A stretch of DNA of 64,000 nucleotides from Gemmatimonadales bacterium (GTDB lineage Bacteria; Gemmatimonadota; Gemmatimonadetes; Gemmatimonadales; GWC2-71-9): NCBI GenBank assembly GCA_041602035.1, contig JBFIHA010000004.1, positions 71,888 to 135,887 of the forward strand. The letters are read 5' to 3'. Position 1 is the stretch's first letter. Each line of letters opens with the position of its first letter. Of the stretch, positions 55,085 to 64,000 are shown one piece after another. The notes under the pieces are model-generated. The model worked only from the letters and a program-made list of their open reading frames with translations, searched no databases and was not told the origin of the DNA. The position numbers were made by a program, and so were the translations under genes.

Positions 55085-56500
55085 TCATGGGAAGATGCCG
55101 AGTTCCAAGTAGGCGACCGCGATCTTGTCGATTGCGAGAACCAGGGCCGCCGTGCGCTGATCGATGCCGTTGCCGTTCCGGCGCCACACCTCGCGGAGCC
55201 CGTGATAGGCGACCACCATCGTCTCCTCCAGTCCCGAGCCGACGAGATCGATCTCGGTGGCACCGCGGGCTAGGCGCTGAATCTCCTCCGAGGGGAACTT
55301 CTTGCCGGCGAGGTTCTCCACCGCGTGCAGGAGTCGCGCGTACGCTCCCTGCTCGAAGCGCCGCTGCATGCGACCGAAGCGGATGTGCGAGATGTTCTTG
55401 ATCCATTCGAAATACGAGACTGTGACGCCGCCGGCGTTGAGATACATGTCCGGCAACACCAACACCCCGCGCGCACTCAGAATGGCGTCGGCCTCGGTGG
55501 TCGTCGGGCCGTTGGCTCCTTCGGCAACAATCTTCGCCTTGATGTTGGGAGCGTTCGCCTCAGTAATCTGCCGCTCGAGAGCCGCCGGGATCAGGATGTC
55601 GCAATCCAGCTCGAGCGCGCGTGTCGTCCTCTTGATGTCACGCGCCCCCGGAAATCCGAGGATCGATCCCGTCTCGGTTCGGTGTTGCACCACCGTCGCG
55701 AGATCCAGCCCTTTCGGATTGTGGATCGCCCCTTCGTACTCTGCGAGCCCTACCAGCACTGCACCCGCCTCCTGCAGATATTTTGCCGCATGGTAGCCCA
55801 CGTTCCCCAGTCCCTGAACCACCACCCGCTTGCCTTCGATCCCCGGTGATAACCCCAATGCCTTCATGTCTTCAGCCACCGAACAGGCCTCGCGAACCCC
55901 GAAATAGACGCCCCGCCCCGTGGCTTCGAGCCGCCCGTTGATCCCTCCCTGCGTGACGGGCTTGCCGGTGACGCACGCGATCCCATTCAGATCACCCGAC
56001 TTGAGCGACATGTACGTGTCAGCGATCCATGCCATCTCCCGCGCCCCCGTGCCGAAATCCGGCGCCGGCACGTCCACGCCGGGACCGAGAAAGTCCTTCC
56101 GCACCATCTCGAACGTGTAGCGTCGCGTGATGCGCTCGAGCTCGCCGTCCGAATACTGGTGACGGGAAATCTTGACGCCCCCCTTCGCGCCACCGAACGG
56201 CACGTCCATGAGCGCGCACTTGAACGTCATGAGCGCTGCGAGCGCCACCACCTCGTCCTCGTCCACCGCCATCGAGTACCGGATGCCGCCCTTGGTGGGC
56301 TGTCGGTGATGGCTGTGTTCGGCCCGCCACGCGTGCACGACCTCGATCGAGCCGTCGTCCCGACGGATGGGGAAGCTCACGTAGTACACGCTGTTGCATT
56401 CTCGGATCTGGGCGAGGAGGGTGGGGTCTTGGTCGGTGAGCGCTGCGGCCCGGTCAAAGGCGTGATGGACCTGGGCCAGGAAGCCCCCGTTTGTGGTCAT
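55085..56500 (-). CDS. gdh: Glutamate dehydrogenase (Glu/Leu/Phe/Val dehydrogenase family)
   Basis: Has the catalytic Lys motif PFGGAKGGVKI and NAD(P)-binding VVQGLGNVGYHAAK. Start at ATG 56500 (GGAG SD); ATG 56539 is also possible. Confidence 0.9.
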   Translation of the reverse strand: MTTNGGFLAQVHHAFDRAAALTDQDPTLLAQIRECNSVYYVSFPIRRDDGSIEVVHAWRAEHSHHRQPTKGGIRYSMAVDEDEVVALAALMTFKCALMDVPFGGAKGGVKISRHQYSDGELERITRRYTFEMVRKDFLGPGVDVPAPDFGTGAREMAWIADTYMSLKSGDLNGIACVTGKPVTQGGINGRLEATGRGVYFGVREACSVAEDMKALGLSPGIEGKRVVVQGLGNVGYHAAKYLQEAGAVLVGLAEYEGAIHNPKGLDLATVVQHRTETGSILGFPGARDIKRTTRALELDCDILIPAALERQITEANAPNIKAKIVAEGANGPTTTEADAILSARGVLVLPDMYLNAGGVTVSYFEWIKNISHIRFGRMQRRFEQGAYARLLHAVENLAGKKFPSEEIQRLARGATEIDLVGSGLEETMVVAYHGLREVWRRNGNGIDQRTAALVLAIDKIAVAYLELGIFP

Positions 56501-56685
56501 CGAATCACTCCGCGATGTCGAGTTGGCGCGGCGCCCCATCCAATTCCCGCGCGACCTATCAAGAGTACACGCTGGGACGGCCCTCGGCGATCTCCGAAGG
56601 GCGGACTTTTTTTGCGGAAGTGCGGCAATGACGGGACCCCCCCCGGTGCAGATCCCGCACCGGAGGGGGCGCTACGTGGGCGAGG

Positions 56686-59600
56686 TTACCGTTCCCACCA
56701 ATCGAGCGGGAGCTCGTCCTCCTCGGCGCCGAGGCCGACACGCTCCACTCGCAGCACACGGCTCAGCGTCTCTCCGTCCACCGTGATGCTCACGCGGTAG
56801 TCGCCGGTGTTCACTGCGGGGGCACCACCGCGACCACCACGACCACCAAAGCCGAATCCGCGCCCCATGGCGCGACGTACAGCCGTGAAGATCTCCCGCA
56901 TGGTGTCTTGATCGGGCATCATCCCGGCGCCCATACCGGCACCCGGTCCGCCTGGACCCGCTTCGGCCTCCGGTGCCCCCTCCGGTGGTCCGGCCGGTCG
57001 CCGACCGGCACCTCGGGGCTGCGACTCACCCGGTCGCTCTTGGAAGCCTCGCGCAGCTTGGCCACCGCCGAAGCCGCCAAACGCTCGGAACAGTTCCTGG
57101 GTATTGCCACTCACCAGGCGCTCCTTCACGCGGTCCAGCATCCGCTCGTTCATCCCTTCCGCTTTGAGAGAATCAAACACCACGTCGAGCTTCCGCACGG
57201 CGATGATGCTGTCGCGCCGCTGCGACGGGGACAGCTGCGGAGCCGGCGGACGCGTACCCTGGAAGTTCCAGGTCACCCGGTGGATTCCCGGGCCGCCCGT
57301 CCCTTGAATCGTCTGAATCGTGTCGCCCTGGACGTCGGTGATCACGATTTGCGGCCGAGACCGCCGATCGCCGGATGTCAGGCGGTACACGATCTCCGCT
57401 CCGTACGGCGGGCTGCTGGTCTCGAACCACTTGTGTCCGGTCGACTCGCCACCCACGCGGGGATCGCTGAACTGGTAGCCAGTCTTCGGCTCGAACAAGA
57501 ACGCGTTCGACGCGAGCACTGAGTCGCTCAGTTGCTGGAGCGGTGCGATGTCCGCGATCCAAAGGGAGCGGCCGTGTGTGGCCGCGATCACTTCCCGATC
57601 GCGGGGGTGGATCTGCAAATCGTGCACCGGGACTGTGGGGAGACCCTCCGTGAACCGATGCCACGAGCTCCCACGGTCGAGCGAGACGTAGATCCCCACG
57701 TCCGTTCCCACGAACAATAGGTTCGCGTTGTACGGGTCTTCACGGACCACGTGTAGGAAATCCGGTCCACCGGTCGGCAGATTGCTCGCAATCGACCTGA
57801 ACGTCTTCCCGAAATCATCCGTTACGTAGAGATACGGCGTGAGGTCGTCCTCACGGTGCCGGTCGAACGCCACGTAGAACCGCATGCTGTCATGATGCGA
57901 CGGTTCGATGCGCGCGACCCAGGTCTTAGGCGGCACTCGTGGGAACCGACCGGTGAGGTTCTCCCAGGTCCCACCGTCGTTCTTGGTAACCCACACGTTC
58001 CCGTCGTCCGTCCCCACATAGAGGATGCCGGGCCGGAATGGCGACTCCGCCAGCGCCACGATCGTGCTATGCGTTTCCGCCCCCGTCACGTCCGGCGTGA
58101 TGCCTCCCGTCGTGGTCGTCGAGATCCGAATCCGCTCGGCGTCATTGGTGGTCAGGTCGGGCGAGATGGGATAGAGGTCGTCGCCCCGCTTGGTGGACTT
58201 GAGCACCCGGTTCGCACCAGCGTAGAACGTGCGTGGATTGTGTTGCGAGATGAAGAACGGGGTGTTCCAGTTCCAGCGGAGATCCAAGGCCACGGAGTCG
58301 GCACGCTGCCGGCGACGCAGGTCGTCGACGCGTCGTCGCACGGCCCCACGCGGCTGCACGGTCGTGTCCGGCCAATCAGTGAGAATGGAATCTTCGTAGA
58401 CGGTGTAGCGCTGACGCCAATCGGGTTTCTGCAGCGACGTTCGCTCGCCGGTCGCCAGGTTGATGCGCGCCATGTTCCCGCCCTGCGACTCCGCGTACAT
58501 GATGTGCGGGTCTTCGGGATCTTGCTGAGTGAAGAATCCGTCTCCGCCGTTCACCGAGAACCACATGTGGTTGGTGATCGCCCCCTGCCGGCGACGGCTC
58601 GGTCCGCACCAGGAGCCGTTGTCCTGGAGACCGCCACAAACGCGGTAAGGAATCTCCATGTTGTAGCTCACTTCGTAGAACTGACCGAGCGGCATGATGT
58701 TGATCACGTCGTAGTTGCCACCACGATCCCACGTCTGGGCGATACCGCCGTCGTTGCCGACGATGAAGTGCTCGGGATCGTTGGGGTCGATCCACAGGGC
58801 GTGATGGTCCACGTGCACGCCAACTGTCGCGTTGCGGGCGTTCTTCCCGCCCTCGTCGGAGAACTTCACCGGCGTCGAGGACCAGTACACCCGGTCGGGG
58901 TTCTTCGGATCGACGCGGACCTGCGAGTAGTAGAACGGTCGCACGTTGTCGTCTGCCGTTTTCTCCCAGGTAGCACCGCCGTCGGCCGAACGATAGAGGC
59001 CCGAGGGACGACTCGTGTGGCCCTTCCCGGTGTCGGCTTCAACGATCGCGTACATGATGTCCGGGTTGCTCATGGCGATCGCGATCCCGATCCGGCCCTT
59101 CATGGTTTCGGGAAATCCGCCACCCTTCACTTCGGTCCAGGTCCTACCAGCATCCATCGTTTTCCACAACGCGCTCCCGGGGCCACCGCTCTTGAGGAAG
59201 TACGGCCCACGGACTCGCTCCCAGCTGACGGCAAACAGCAGGTCGGGATTCTGGGGGTGCATCGCGAGGTCCACGAAGCCGGCCTTGTCACTGATGAACT
59301 TGACGAGCTGCCAGGTCTCGCCCCCGTCGGTCGTCTTGTAGACTCCGCGCTCACTGTTGGCGCCCCAGATGTGGCCCAGCGCCGCCACATACACGATGTC
59401 GGGGTTGGTCGGGTGAATCACGATGCGCCCGATGACCTGCGTCTCGGTGAGTCCCCTATGCTCCCACGTGAGGCCGCCGTCGGTCGACTTGTAGATGCCG
59501 CCGCCCGGTGAGATCGAGTTCCGGGAGTCCTCCTCCCCCGTCCCTGCCCACACGATCATGGTGTCGGAGGGTGCGATCGCGATATCCCCCATCGAGATCA

Positions 59601-59868
59601 CCCGTTCGTTGTCGAACACGGGACGGAACGTGGTCCCCGCATTCGTGGTCTTCCAGATCCCGCCCGCCGCGGCCGCCACGAAGAACGTCTTGGACGGGCT
59701 GGGGATGCCCTCCACGTCGGTCACCCGACCGCCCATGTTGGCCGGACCGATGGACCGCCAGCGAAACGCCGACCAGAGAGTCGAGTCGGGAGCGCTCACC
59801 TGGGCCGCGAGCGGCCCGGACACCAGCAGCGCACAGGCGGCGATGGAAAGAAGGGTGCGTGCAGACAT
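56686..59868 (-). CDS. Sortilin/VPS10-like BNR (Asp-box) beta-propeller protein, secreted, with Gly/Arg/Pro-rich C-terminal region
   Basis: 1060 aa. Signal peptide, then repeated S/T-x-D-x-G-x-T-W Asp-boxes (YKSTDGGLTWE, YKTTDGGETWQ, WKTMDAGRTWT, YRSADGGATWE...). Confidence 0.8.
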   Translation of the reverse strand: MSARTLLSIAACALLVSGPLAAQVSAPDSTLWSAFRWRSIGPANMGGRVTDVEGIPSPSKTFFVAAAAGGIWKTTNAGTTFRPVFDNERVISMGDIAIAPSDTMIVWAGTGEEDSRNSISPGGGIYKSTDGGLTWEHRGLTETQVIGRIVIHPTNPDIVYVAALGHIWGANSERGVYKTTDGGETWQLVKFISDKAGFVDLAMHPQNPDLLFAVSWERVRGPYFLKSGGPGSALWKTMDAGRTWTEVKGGGFPETMKGRIGIAIAMSNPDIMYAIVEADTGKGHTSRPSGLYRSADGGATWEKTADDNVRPFYYSQVRVDPKNPDRVYWSSTPVKFSDEGGKNARNATVGVHVDHHALWIDPNDPEHFIVGNDGGIAQTWDRGGNYDVINIMPLGQFYEVSYNMEIPYRVCGGLQDNGSWCGPSRRRQGAITNHMWFSVNGGDGFFTQQDPEDPHIMYAESQGGNMARINLATGERTSLQKPDWRQRYTVYEDSILTDWPDTTVQPRGAVRRRVDDLRRRQRADSVALDLRWNWNTPFFISQHNPRTFYAGANRVLKSTKRGDDLYPISPDLTTNDAERIRISTTTTGGITPDVTGAETHSTIVALAESPFRPGILYVGTDDGNVWVTKNDGGTWENLTGRFPRVPPKTWVARIEPSHHDSMRFYVAFDRHREDDLTPYLYVTDDFGKTFRSIASNLPTGGPDFLHVVREDPYNANLLFVGTDVGIYVSLDRGSSWHRFTEGLPTVPVHDLQIHPRDREVIAATHGRSLWIADIAPLQQLSDSVLASNAFLFEPKTGYQFSDPRVGGESTGHKWFETSSPPYGAEIVYRLTSGDRRSRPQIVITDVQGDTIQTIQGTGGPGIHRVTWNFQGTRPPAPQLSPSQRRDSIIAVRKLDVVFDSLKAEGMNERMLDRVKERLVSGNTQELFRAFGGFGGGQAARGFQERPGESQPRGAGRRPAGPPEGAPEAEAGPGGPGAGMGAGMMPDQDTMREIFTAVRRAMGRGFGFGGRGGRGGAPAVNTGDYRVSITVDGETLSRVLRVERVGLGAEEDELPLDWWER

Positions 59869-60187
59869 GATCGTGCCGAAGCTCCTCCTGAGCGGTTGAC
59901 AGGACGAGGGCCGCTACGCTTTCGCAGCGCCTCGCGACGAACGATTGTGCATGTGCAGTGCGTCGGGGCCGGACGTCGGATCGGTCGAGAGGGGTGTGCG
60001 CTCCGAACTCGACCCCGTTGGCACTACGCGCGACCGACCGAAATCGTTGGGGGGCGACGGTCAGCGCCGGAGCGGGCCCGGCGGCCACCACATGGACACC
60101 GAACCCGGTCGGGAGGATGCCGGGGTTCCGGTCGCGCGTTCGATATGCATATCATATCGCGAACCCCAGGATCTGGTCAGGTGCCCC

Positions 60188-63100
60188 ATGCAGAACGTTG
60201 TGAACCACCTCGGCGCGGCCGTGCTCCTCGTTAGCTCGATCACGCTCGTCCCCATCCGCGTGCCCGACCTGGCGGCTCAGCGGGCTGGAGCTGCCAGCGC
60301 CGTGGTCGCCCCATCCCACTTCGCCGGCCTGGAGTACCGCATGGTCGGGCCGTCCCGCGGCGGGCGCGTCACGGCGGTCGCCGGGCATGCGACGCAGCCG
60401 GGCACGTTCTACATGGGCGCCACGGGCGGCGGCGTGTGGAAGACAACCGACTACGGCCACACCTGGCACAACGTGTCGGATGGGTTCTTCCAGACCGGCT
60501 CCATCGGCGCCATTCGGGTCGCCGACTCGGACCCGAGCGTGGTCTTTGTCGGGACCGGCTCGGACGGCATCCGGAGCAACGTCATCACCGGACGCGGCGT
60601 GTACAAGTCGACCGATGCCGGGAAGACCTGGGTATTCGTCGGACTCCGAGACGTCGGCCAGGTCGGCGCCGTCCTCATCCATCCGACGAATCCCGATTTG
60701 GTGTTCGTTGCCGCGATGGGTCACGCGTTCGGGCCGACCCGGGAGCGAGGAGTCTACCGCTCGACCGACGGGGGGGCGACGTGGCGCAACGTGCTCTTCG
60801 TGTCTGACTCCACGGGCGCGGTCGATCTGGAGTTCGCCCCCGATGATCCGATGACAGTCTACGCTGCCATGTGGCGTGCCGAACGGAAGCCGTGGACGAT
60901 CATCAGCGGCGCCCGCGAAGGCGGGATCTACCGGTCGACAGACGGGGGAACCACCTGGACGAAGCTCCGCAACGGGCTCCCCAATGGCCTGATTGGGAAG
61001 AGCGACCTGGCCGTGTCGCCGGCCGATCCAAATCGTCTCTACGTGCTCATCGAGGCCGCGCCCGGGGCTGGGCTCTATCGGTCCGACGACCGGGCTGAGC
61101 AGTTCGAGCTGGTGAGCACCCAGTCAGGCCTCCTCAACCGGCCTTTCTACTACACCAATGTCGATGCCGATCCGAACGACGCCGACGTGGTGTACGTCAA
61201 CAACGAGAGATTCTACAAGTCCACTGACGGCGGACGCAGCTTCCAGCGCCGTTCGACCCCGCACGGTGACAACCACGACATGTGGATCGACCCGACCGAT
61301 TCGCGGGTGTTTGTCCAGTCCAACGACGGTGGGGCCAACGTGACGCGGGACGGTGGCGCCACGTGGTCCACGCAGCACAACCAGCCAACGGCCGAGCTGT
61401 ATCAGGTGGACGTGGACGATCAGTTCCCCTACTGGATCTACGCGGGCCAGCAAGACAACTCGACCATCGCCGTACCGAGCCTCCCCCCGTACGGGGCACC
61501 TGGTGGACCCACCGCGCACTGGCTGGCCATCGGCGGCTGCGAGACGGGGCCCGTTGTCCCCAAGCCGGGCGACCCGGATATCGTGTATGCCAACTGCAAG
61601 GGGCGCTTCGGACGGTACAACAAGCGCACCGGCCAGGAACAGCAGTACTACGTCGGTGCCGCCAACATGTACGGGCACAACCCCAGAGATCTCACGTACC
61701 GCTTCCAACGCGTCTCGCCGATCGAGGTCTCGCCGCACGATCCCGACGTGGTCTATCACGGCTCCCAATACGTACACGTGACGCGGAATGGGGGCGAGAC
61801 ATGGGAGACGATCTCGGCCGATCTCACGGCGTTCGAGCCCGCCACGCAGGTCGTTTCCGGTGCGCCGATCACGCGGGACATCACGGGTGAGGAGTTCTAC
61901 TCCACACTCTACGCCATCGAGGAGTCGCCGCTCGAGCCGGGTGTGATCTGGACCGGAGCGAACGACGGTCCGATTCACGTCACCCGCGATGGGGGCAAGT
62001 CGTGGACACTGGTGACGCCGCGCGGGCTTCCCCCTGGCGGTCGGGTCCAGACCATCGATCCGTCCCCGCATCGCGCGGGCAAGGCGTACGTCGCCATCTA
62101 CCGGTACCTCCTCGGTGACTGGCAGCCCTACATCTATCGCACGTCGGACTACGGACGGTCGTGGACGCGGCTCACGTCCGGGAAGAACGGCATTCCGGCG
62201 GATTACCCGACGCGAGTGGTGCGCGAGGATCCGGATCGCGAAGGTCTGCTCTACGCCGGTACCGAGTTCGGCCTGTTCGTCTCGTTCAACGATGGGGCAC
62301 GCTGGCAACCGTTTCAGCAGAATCTCCCGGTCACTCCGATCACGGACATCAAGGTGCACCGGCAGGATCTGGTGCTGTCGACCATGGGCAGATCGTTCTG
62401 GATTCTGGACAACGTGACACCACTGCACGAGTTGACGCCGGCGGTCGCGGCAGCACCCTACCACTTGTTCCGGCCGCGAACGGCGCACCGGATGCAGTAC
62501 GGATCTTCCAGCCGCGCGCCGAGCGATCCTGAGTATCCGCCGCCGGGGGTGACGATCGACTACATGCTCTCCCGCTCGGTGGAGGGCGCGATGCGGCTCG
62601 AGATCCTGGACCGGGACGGCTCCGTGATCCGGACGTTCGTGCCAGGCGAGGCGCAGCCGGCTGACACCGCGGGACAGGGAATGCGTGGTCCGTTCGGGGC
62701 ACGGCGGCCGCCCGCTCGACTCGAGCGCAGCGCCGGAATGCATCGGTTCGTGTGGGACATGCGGTATCCTGGTCCGGTCGATCCCCGGACCGGTGACGCC
62801 GACCGCGGCGGGCCCGTGGCGGCCCCCGGCCAGTATCAGACACGCCTCGTCATTGGCGATTGGAGTGCGACTCGGAACTTCGAAATCGCGATCGATCCAC
62901 GAGTGGCGGCTGACGGCGTCTCGGACCAGGATCTCTTGCAGCAGTTACGTGTGGCGCTCCAGGTGCGCGACCTCATGAGTGACGCCGCCGCGACGCTGGC
63001 CCGAGTGCGCATGGCACAGGGTGGCGAAGGTCTTTCAGCCGGCGCCGCGGAGACGCTGCGGCGGCTCGAAGCGGAGCTCGCGACCGCCGACGACATGGCC

Positions 63101-63271
63101 TATCCTCGACCGATGCTCGTCGATCAGATTCGCTACCTGTATGGGATGGTGTCGCGTGCCGACCAGCCACCTGGTGGCGAAGCCACGGCGCGCCTGGCGG
63201 AACTGACCGAGTGGCACACGAACGTTGTCAGCATGCTGGACGCCGCCGTTGGGGCCGGGGGGGGTCGCTGA
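60188..63271 (+). CDS. Sortilin/VPS10-like BNR (Asp-box) beta-propeller protein, paralog of 56686..59868
   Basis: From ATG 60188 (MQNVVNHLGAAVLLVSSITL signal), ~1027 aa. Asp-boxes include YKSTDAGKTWV, YRSTDGGATWR and YRSTDGGTTWT. Collinear similarity to the divergent neighbour. Confidence 0.8.
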   Translation: MQNVVNHLGAAVLLVSSITLVPIRVPDLAAQRAGAASAVVAPSHFAGLEYRMVGPSRGGRVTAVAGHATQPGTFYMGATGGGVWKTTDYGHTWHNVSDGFFQTGSIGAIRVADSDPSVVFVGTGSDGIRSNVITGRGVYKSTDAGKTWVFVGLRDVGQVGAVLIHPTNPDLVFVAAMGHAFGPTRERGVYRSTDGGATWRNVLFVSDSTGAVDLEFAPDDPMTVYAAMWRAERKPWTIISGAREGGIYRSTDGGTTWTKLRNGLPNGLIGKSDLAVSPADPNRLYVLIEAAPGAGLYRSDDRAEQFELVSTQSGLLNRPFYYTNVDADPNDADVVYVNNERFYKSTDGGRSFQRRSTPHGDNHDMWIDPTDSRVFVQSNDGGANVTRDGGATWSTQHNQPTAELYQVDVDDQFPYWIYAGQQDNSTIAVPSLPPYGAPGGPTAHWLAIGGCETGPVVPKPGDPDIVYANCKGRFGRYNKRTGQEQQYYVGAANMYGHNPRDLTYRFQRVSPIEVSPHDPDVVYHGSQYVHVTRNGGETWETISADLTAFEPATQVVSGAPITRDITGEEFYSTLYAIEESPLEPGVIWTGANDGPIHVTRDGGKSWTLVTPRGLPPGGRVQTIDPSPHRAGKAYVAIYRYLLGDWQPYIYRTSDYGRSWTRLTSGKNGIPADYPTRVVREDPDREGLLYAGTEFGLFVSFNDGARWQPFQQNLPVTPITDIKVHRQDLVLSTMGRSFWILDNVTPLHELTPAVAAAPYHLFRPRTAHRMQYGSSSRAPSDPEYPPPGVTIDYMLSRSVEGAMRLEILDRDGSVIRTFVPGEAQPADTAGQGMRGPFGARRPPARLERSAGMHRFVWDMRYPGPVDPRTGDADRGGPVAAPGQYQTRLVIGDWSATRNFEIAIDPRVAADGVSDQDLLQQLRVALQVRDLMSDAAATLARVRMAQGGEGLSAGAAETLRRLEAELATADDMAYPRPMLVDQIRYLYGMVSRADQPPGGEATARLAELTEWHTNVVSMLDAAVGAGGGR

Positions 63272-63320
63272 GGGGATCCTACCGAAGCTGTTCCAGCGTT
63301 CGGGGAGTCGCGGGGCCGGT

Positions 63321-63968
63321 CTACGGACCGGTCCCGACGACGGCTTCGCGCTGGATCTCGCGCCACAGGCCGTCTGGAATGCTGAAGACGCGAATGAACC
63401 GGCCTACGGATTCCCCACTCTCCCCGACGTGTGCCAGAAACATCGCACGATAGGCTGGGAGCAGCTCAGGAGCATGCTGCTCCAATAAGGCGGCCCCACA
63501 GCGCACTGCCCCACGGCTACTCACACGCTCGGCATACACGCGGTCCCGTCCGCCGATCATGAGTTGCTCCACCAGCCGGCTCACCGTGGGATAGCAGAGC
63601 TCACGCAGCAGGGCAAACGCCGGAGCGGAAGGGTCGTCGCTCGCCTGCACCGCCACCACATTGTCGAACGGGTCGGCCGGATCGCGCTGAAAGATCCGTC
63701 CCTCGGGACCGAGCGGCCCCGACACATACGCGGTCCCGTACTCAAGCCCTTGCTGAGCCAGGAACGCTGCCAGGGGAACCGCGAGGTGTCGATCCCAGAA
63801 CTGCTGAGACGCGGCGACAGTCCGAACACGTGCCGTCTCGTTCTGCGCCCAATGCGTTCGGTAGAACCCCTGCCACTCCTCGGTGAGTGATCGCACGAAA
63901 GTGCCGAGTTCGCGTTGCTGCGAGCGGCTACGCAGCACCGATGCCAGCATGCGATCGCCGAAGCCCAT
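63321..63968 (-). CDS. Hypothetical protein (215 aa)
   Basis: Long ORF with high GC3, convergent with the preceding gene. No motif recognised. Confidence 0.5.
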   Translation of the reverse strand: MGFGDRMLASVLRSRSQQRELGTFVRSLTEEWQGFYRTHWAQNETARVRTVAASQQFWDRHLAVPLAAFLAQQGLEYGTAYVSGPLGPEGRIFQRDPADPFDNVVAVQASDDPSAPAFALLRELCYPTVSRLVEQLMIGGRDRVYAERVSSRGAVRCGAALLEQHAPELLPAYRAMFLAHVGESGESVGRFIRVFSIPDGLWREIQREAVVGTGP

Positions 63969-64000
63969 CGCGCGCCTTCCTTCCGCGACGGTCTGGAGTG

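Noticed and set aside
63312-63335. Hairpin (GGGGCCGGTC-TACG-GACCGGTCCC) between convergent genes as a terminator.
   Set aside because: It overlaps the stop codon of the 215-aa hypothetical gene and has no U-tract in either direction. It is too weak to call.

Overview
High-GC (~67%) bacterial chromosomal segment. It is gene-dense, with long minus-strand operons whose genes often overlap by 4 or 8 nt (ATGA/GTGA). The content suggests a Gram-negative organism, possibly Gemmatimonadota-like; that is inference only, since no database search was possible.

Gene order, left to right:
- Nucleotide-sugar genes ugd-wbpA-wbpB-wbpE-wbpD, then murB and carB, then rmd-gmd.
- rpmB, convergent with the ribosomal/RNAP block rpmJ-rpsM-rpsK-rpsD-rpoA-rplQ.
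- smpB, a cell-wall amidase, a TPR lipoprotein, pyrD, pyrF.
- tRNA-Leu(CAG).
- A MoeZ-like E1 enzyme, an Rrf2 regulator, aspA.
- A thiol/peroxide redox operon: AhpD-like protein, small Cys-rich ORF, MBL hydrolase, trxB, Bcp peroxiredoxin, PHP phosphoesterase.
- 2-oxoacid dehydrogenase E2 and E1-beta, separated by a degenerate IS200-like tnpA.
- Copper efflux genes (copZ, copA, cupredoxin) coupled to inositol-phosphate synthase and a CDP-alcohol phosphatidyltransferase.
- A muropeptide-recycling module: namZ divergent from a nagZ-amiE-like fusion, then erpA, an SSS transporter and a BadF-type sugar kinase.
- nhaC.
- tonB-exbB-exbD-exbD-tonB-like.
- Histidine kinase, response regulator, histidine kinase.
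- sod, an outer-membrane beta-barrel protein, tRNA-Ala(UGC), ggt, gdh.
- Two divergent ~1030-1060 aa sortilin/BNR-propeller paralogs.

The most notable result concerns two redox genes that the ORF track splits in two. Each is interrupted by a single in-frame TGA that falls exactly on the catalytic cysteine: TPG-C of the peroxiredoxin, and CxxC-xxx-H of the AhpD-like protein. Each TGA is followed by a SECIS-like hairpin, and the two genes flank trxB. I read these as candidate selenoproteins, not pseudogenes.

No CRISPR array, rRNA or intact mobile element was seen. Many long ORFs in the track are antisense or alternate-frame shadows typical of high-GC DNA.
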